NCBI GenBank assembly: GCA_964599625.1
Contig: CAZRGC010000004.1
Span: 11,705 to 75,704 of the forward strand
Direction: 5' to 3'
Length of the DNA: 64,000 nt
Source of the DNA: an uncultured Gammaproteobacteria bacterium
Lineage (GTDB): Bacteria; Patescibacteriota; Microgenomatia; UBA8517
The notes below the pieces were generated by a model, which was given only the letters and a program-made list of their open reading frames with translations, was not told the origin of the DNA and ran no database searches. A program made the translations under genes and the position numbers. This document shows, one piece after another, positions 59,317-64,000 of this stretch. Each line of letters starts with the position of its first letter. Positions within the stretch are counted from its first letter, which is position 1.

Positions 59317-60747
59317 CTACAACCTCTCACCCACTGCGAGCGATATCTTTCGTCCCAGTGTAAACACCCTTTCTGTAATTTCCGAAATTCTTTCTTCTAT
59401 ACTACCTTCTGTTATTTCACTTTCAATTTTTTGAAGATCATCAAAGGCAGACTCGACATCGCTTTCGGTCATTTTTCTTGCAATACGGTCCGAGATCTCA
59501 AAGAGCCCAATCTGTTCCCCGCTGAATGACCGCAAATAAGGAATGATCACAAAGTGCTCAAGAAATTTCCTTCTAAACTGTTCTGTTGGAAATTCCTGTC
59601 CGTTAATGATTCTTTGTCGTATTTCGTGTCCCAAACTAAATGTTACTGACGGAGACATAAATTGTTTATGTAAATTTGCATCGGGGTTTTGATTTTTAAC
59701 AATTTTATAAAGATTTGTGTGTTGTTTGCCGTATATGACAGCCACCTTTTTACCCTGCCATTCCTTTTGGTTTTTTTCTATAAGATCCAAAAGCTCGACC
59801 GCGACAGTGTGGTCCCTGTCTATCATGGAAATTGATTCCCATTTCTGAAGTCCCAATAAATCAATATAAGCAGATTTGAAAAAGCCCAATGTGGCATGAT
59901 ATGTGGCCTCCTTTTCCATATCCTCGGCTATCCTGCTAGCTTTTGCACCCTCACTTTCCAAAGAAACATCAGCAAGATGAAGTTCTTTTCCGTTGAGGAT
60001 TGCCATGCTGATCAATCTTTTGATAAATGCGGACCCGTTTGGGTATTTGTTCATGAAGTATTCTTCAACTTTGCGGCTGGTTTGTGGATCACTTGCTACT
60101 GCGTTGTTTCGGGATATATCCACCGCCTCACTTTTGCCGGCTTCGGTTATGCCAACAGCTTCCAAAATAATTATGTCAGCATCCTTAACCTTTTCCCATA
60201 CGGGTTCTGCGTCGCGTTCTGAATGTCTTGTGAAGACAAAAGTGATGTCTGGTTTGGGCGGCTCCTTTACCTCTCCCATGGCAAAAATATTATTTCGCCT
60301 TTCTGTTGATAAAATTTTCCAGGGTTTCAGGTGTTCCTCAAGACGTTCGAATACAACTCCTTTTGCTTCTTCTGATGTTTTTTTCTTGGCTCCAATCAGG
60401 GTTGGTTCGTGGGTAAGTACTTTCTTGTCGTCTTCTGTGCGTTCTCCCAAGTCACCATCATCTAGTATGGCGAAGCCCTCCTCGAGTGAACTTTTTATCC
60501 ATTTAAAATATACTTTTAGTTTCGCGGTTCTGTATTCGGGTGTCAGAATTCCCCATCTGCTTTCGATATGCCTTAATATTTTGGTTTCGGCTTCGGATTG
60601 GATTTGTTCTTCGGTTTTTTCTGGTACCTTGGGAGCATCATCTTCTGCTTGTTTCTTTTGGTGGTGAGAAATTTTACGGTGCCTGGTTTCTTCACCAAAA
60701 TCACCCCATTTTTCTTCGAAATCGTCTAGTTCTCCGGTCATAACCAT
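59317..60747 (-). CDS. Hypothetical protein: degenerate RF-1-like N-part plus TraB/Tiki-like domain
   Basis: LTHEPTLI without GGQ; RH...IILE...DRD...AVIYG..H. Confidence 0.5.
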   Translation of the reverse strand: MVMTGELDDFEEKWGDFGEETRHRKISHHQKKQAEDDAPKVPEKTEEQIQSEAETKILRHIESRWGILTPEYRTAKLKVYFKWIKSSLEEGFAILDDGDLGERTEDDKKVLTHEPTLIGAKKKTSEEAKGVVFERLEEHLKPWKILSTERRNNIFAMGEVKEPPKPDITFVFTRHSERDAEPVWEKVKDADIIILEAVGITEAGKSEAVDISRNNAVASDPQTSRKVEEYFMNKYPNGSAFIKRLISMAILNGKELHLADVSLESEGAKASRIAEDMEKEATYHATLGFFKSAYIDLLGLQKWESISMIDRDHTVAVELLDLIEKNQKEWQGKKVAVIYGKQHTNLYKIVKNQNPDANLHKQFMSPSVTFSLGHEIRQRIINGQEFPTEQFRRKFLEHFVIIPYLRSFSGEQIGLFEISDRIARKMTESDVESAFDDLQKIESEITEGSIEERISEITERVFTLGRKISLAVGERL

Positions 60748-60779
60748 ATTTTACACCGTAAAAGAGTATAATCGTCAGC

Positions 60780-61316
60780 ATGTCAAAAGAATTGCCCGTA
60801 TTTTCGGGATGTGTAACCAAGGCCGAGAAGAAGTGGGTGGCGCGGGGTATAAACTCTGAGGTTTGGAGGCAAGGGCAACTTGCTTTTAAAATTTACAAAA
60901 ATCAGATTACAGGTGAGTCAAGTTTGAGCTTGGAGACTCTTGGGTTTTACGCCGAAGTTACTGCACAGGCCGCCGAGGTGGCAGCAAAAGACAGTTTTGC
61001 TCTTAAGCTTCCATTTCCGCTTGGTGAAAGAATTGTGGGGGTTAACAAATACCTGAAAATTCAAAAATGTGATGAACGTGGCAGCATTGAGGCTGTGATG
61101 CCATATGTAGAAGGAAAAAATTTGCTTGGTTCTGCGTATATGCTTGTACTTAATGACTGGCAAAGTTACTTTGGACAGGTGAATTATTATTTCGAAAATA
61201 AGCTGGGTGTGGAGGGGGTATTTGTAAGTCCCGTAAACGTAAAACCGGCCTCAAACAAACATCTGGTAATCACAGATTTGGCTGACGATATTACCTGGCT
61301 GCAAAAGCAATATTAG
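60780..61316 (+). CDS. Small protein-kinase-like protein
   Basis: ARGINSEVW, AFKIY, MPYVEG, VSPVNVK, ITDL. Confidence 0.5.
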   Translation: MSKELPVFSGCVTKAEKKWVARGINSEVWRQGQLAFKIYKNQITGESSLSLETLGFYAEVTAQAAEVAAKDSFALKLPFPLGERIVGVNKYLKIQKCDERGSIEAVMPYVEGKNLLGSAYMLVLNDWQSYFGQVNYYFENKLGVEGVFVSPVNVKPASNKHLVITDLADDITWLQKQY

Positions 61317-62299
61317 TTTCTTTTGGTCAAAGCCCTTTTCCAGTACTTGTCCATAATTTCATTGCCAATTTTTCTTGAGTAAATGCTGACAAACGCACCT
61401 TTGGCATAGTTTAAATTTTGGTTCCAGTTTTTCTCCAATGCAAAAAGTTTATCTGTATATTTCCATACTTCTTTGTCCGGCATCATGCGAATAATTACTG
61501 CGGCAAGATCCATTTGTGTATGTTCGTCTGCGGAAAGTAGGCCAACAGCAGGGTAAATTAAAAATTCAGTAATGAAGTCCCTTTCGACGATTGATTCCAA
61601 AGCCAATCCGTTTTCTCCATTAAGTTTTCTGTTTTTGTATTCATGCATGAGGGTAAATGCGCCACCCGGTATCAGCTTGGTAAACTGTCTTTTTGTTCCG
61701 TATTCCGGATTTCTTTTTATAAAATCTATAGAAACTTTGGAGTGCGTTTGACCTTGTATTACTGCAATCTTTTTGCCGGCCCAGTTGTTGTTGGCTGACA
61801 AAACACTTTCTATTTGAGAAAGTGACAAGTTGTCTCTTTGTATAACACCCTCGGCCACCAGATCGTGATAAACTGCATAGTTTTCGTATGCTTGTTTTAT
61901 GTTGCCCATATCCCATTCGGATACAGCTTCTTTGAATTTTTCTTCCGCGGCTCTTGTATTGAGATATCCAATATGCCGGTCGTCGGAATCAATCAGAAAA
62001 AGTTGTTTTTGGGCGCGGACTGCCTTGCTTGTAATCCCTTTCCAAAAAGGATGTGCGTTGGGATATTTCCATGTTAGTTCCAAACTTCCTAATAGTCTGA
62101 AAAAGTGACCTTGTGTTTCGGCAACAGAGGTTGCGTCGCGCAGAAAATCTTTTCTTAAAGAGGCCGGCATGCCAATGCTTTCCAGCATTATAATTTGGGC
62201 ATCTTTTGCAGCATTCCAGACAGTATTCACATCCTCCGGATGGTGTCTGACAAGCAAAAACTTTATTTCCGGCAACGATCTTGTCTCAGATCTTTCCAT
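61313..62299 (-). CDS. TraB/Tiki-like domain protein, paralog of 59317-60747
   Basis: VRH...VW...KDAQIIMLESIG...QRD...GKKIAVIQGQTH. Confidence 0.55.
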   Translation of the reverse strand: MERSETRSLPEIKFLLVRHHPEDVNTVWNAAKDAQIIMLESIGMPASLRKDFLRDATSVAETQGHFFRLLGSLELTWKYPNAHPFWKGITSKAVRAQKQLFLIDSDDRHIGYLNTRAAEEKFKEAVSEWDMGNIKQAYENYAVYHDLVAEGVIQRDNLSLSQIESVLSANNNWAGKKIAVIQGQTHSKVSIDFIKRNPEYGTKRQFTKLIPGGAFTLMHEYKNRKLNGENGLALESIVERDFITEFLIYPAVGLLSADEHTQMDLAAVIIRMMPDKEVWKYTDKLFALEKNWNQNLNYAKGAFVSIYSRKIGNEIMDKYWKRALTKRN

Positions 62300-62342
62300 A
62301 ATATGGGGTATTTTAATACAAATGGTCTATGTTTTCACTTTC

Positions 62343-62960
62343 TTACTTTCTTTTTACAACCAAAGTTCCCGAACTTTCAATCCACCTTGATGTAATCCTT
62401 CCTGCGTTGGTCATGCTGTCTATAAGTCTGTGTACATATCCGCTGACGTTGTTCAAAACCAGGTCTGGGGTTTTGGTTTTTTCGCCAACATCAAGCATTA
62501 CTTCAATGAATTTTCTTCCCAAACCAAGCTTTCTATATTTATCTTCAACAAAAATTGTATCGCTACCCCTTGCCAGGTCGTATACACTTTTGAAAACAAC
62601 ATCCGATTTGAGGTCTGCAATATCCCCCTTGTTCATTACGTTGGAAAAAAAAGACTTTCCACTGGAAGTCCTTTCGGCAAAAAAGAAACCTATTGCGGTT
62701 GGCCTATCGTCATTGTTTACAAAATATCCTAATGTAAAAATTTGTTTCCCAATTTCTCCCCTGGTTTCTCTCATGCCAATTGTTACTTTTTTCCCATCAG
62801 GTGTTACAATGCCGGTGTTGAAGAGTTCGGGTCTGTTTACTTTCCTTGCTGCCCACAAGTGGTCTATATCATAGTCTCTTTCTTTTTGGGTCAAAGCCAG
62901 ATCAACTGAGGATCTAATCCTTGAATATATTTCCTGGGCACGGCTTCTCCCCTCTGTCAT
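62343..62960 (-). CDS. GNAT-like acetyltransferase
   Basis: IFVEDKYRKLGLGRK motif A. Confidence 0.6.
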   Translation of the reverse strand: MTEGRSRAQEIYSRIRSSVDLALTQKERDYDIDHLWAARKVNRPELFNTGIVTPDGKKVTIGMRETRGEIGKQIFTLGYFVNNDDRPTAIGFFFAERTSSGKSFFSNVMNKGDIADLKSDVVFKSVYDLARGSDTIFVEDKYRKLGLGRKFIEVMLDVGEKTKTPDLVLNNVSGYVHRLIDSMTNAGRITSRWIESSGTLVVKRK

Positions 62961-62969
62961 AAATGTATC

Positions 62970-64000
62970 TTACAATATTTCTTCCCAGGGAAGCCCTAGT
63001 TTGCCGAAGTGGCCATAGGAGGCTGTTTGAAGATAAATAGGTGAGCGAAGATTGAGTCTTTCGATGATTGCAAGCGGCCTAAAGTCAAAATGCTTTCTAA
63101 CATATTTACTTAAGCTTTTTCCGTTACCGTCTTTGGCCTCAATCATCAGGGGTTCGGCTTTACCGATAGCGTATGCAACGGAGACCAACACATCTTTAAC
63201 TAAACCTTTTGCCACAAGGTTTTTGGCGACAAAGCGGCACATATAGGCGGCGCTTCTATCAACTTTTGTCGGGTCTTTTCCGGAAAATGCTCCACCGCCG
63301 TGAGGAATAAGTCCCCCGTATGTATCAACCATAATTTTTCTCCCTGTGAGCCCTGTATCGGCAATAAACCCTCCAACTTCAAATTTACCCGTAGGATTGA
63401 CCAAAACTTCAACTCCCTCAAAGTCTTTACCCAAAACTTTTTTAATCAGTTTATTGGTTATTTCTTTTTTGATTGTTTCTTGAGTGACGCCCTTTTTGTG
63501 CTGAGTAGATACAAGGACTGTTTTTACTTTTCCGTTTTCTATTGTTACCTGGGCTTTGCCGTCCGGCAGAAGCCAAGGAACTTTTTTGGATTTACGTAGG
63601 TCCTCCAGACCTTTTGTAAGTTTGTGGACCAATGAGACCGCTTTGGGCAAATATTCAGGAGTTTCATTTGTGGCAAAGCCGTACATTATTCCCTGGTCCC
63701 CCGCTCCTCCGGTATCTACCCCCATAGCAATATCCGGGGATTGTTTGATTATATTTGTAACAAATTTCAGTTTTCCAGAATGACCAATATCTTTGTAGAC
63801 CTTTGAAGCAATTTTTGTGGCATCAAACTTTGCATGTGTTGTGAGTTCTCCGCCGATTACCAAAAGTCCATGGGCACCAAATGTTTCTATTGCAACACGG
63901 GACTTGGGATCCTGGCGCAAACACTCATCCAATATTGCGTCACTTATCTGATCGCATATCTTGTCCGGGTGTCCCGAGGTGACTGATTCAACGGTGTAAT
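62970..64000 (-). CDS. metK: S-adenosylmethionine synthetase (5' end outside window)
   Basis: YTVESVTSGHPDKICDQISD at the window edge; GAGDQG, DTGLTGRK, GGGAFSGKDPTKVDRS. Confidence 0.98.
   Translation of the reverse strand, partial: YTVESVTSGHPDKICDQISDAILDECLRQDPKSRVAIETFGAHGLLVIGGELTTHAKFDATKIASKVYKDIGHSGKLKFVTNIIKQSPDIAMGVDTGGAGDQGIMYGFATNETPEYLPKAVSLVHKLTKGLEDLRKSKKVPWLLPDGKAQVTIENGKVKTVLVSTQHKKGVTQETIKKEITNKLIKKVLGKDFEGVEVLVNPTGKFEVGGFIADTGLTGRKIMVDTYGGLIPHGGGAFSGKDPTKVDRSAAYMCRFVAKNLVAKGLVKDVLVSVAYAIGKAEPLMIEAKDGNGKSLSKYVRKHFDFRPLAIIERLNLRSPIYLQTASYGHFGKLGLPWEEIL

Overview
Bacterial chromosomal segment. Compact gene packing, gene content and protein families suggest a Patescibacteria/CPR genome, probably Microgenomates-like; this is an inference, not a database result. 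Housekeeping genes (dnaX tail, ybaB, recR, cysS, pyrG, ychF, rpsF-ssb-rpsR, prfA, rpmE, hisS, dnaB, yebC, a Xer recombinase, metK, tRNA-Leu CAA) are interspersed with transporters and many orphan enzyme-like genes. The most striking region is the ~1.6 kb stretch at 40545-42170, which has no credible ORF. It holds three tandem minus-strand transcription units, each with a near-consensus sigma70 promoter. Two are large, densely base-paired RNAs (~470 nt and ~650 nt), each ending in an intrinsic terminator, that I cannot assign to a known class. The third is a His-specific T-box riboswitch with an ultrashort Stem I upstream of a GNAT-hisS operon. Other points: pervasive leaderless-type promoters, an N-terminally truncated RF1, a palindromic dif-like site near the xer gene, a putative ART/PRTase/nucleotidyltransferase trio, and a cluster of effector-like orphans. 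All calls come from motif reading by eye.
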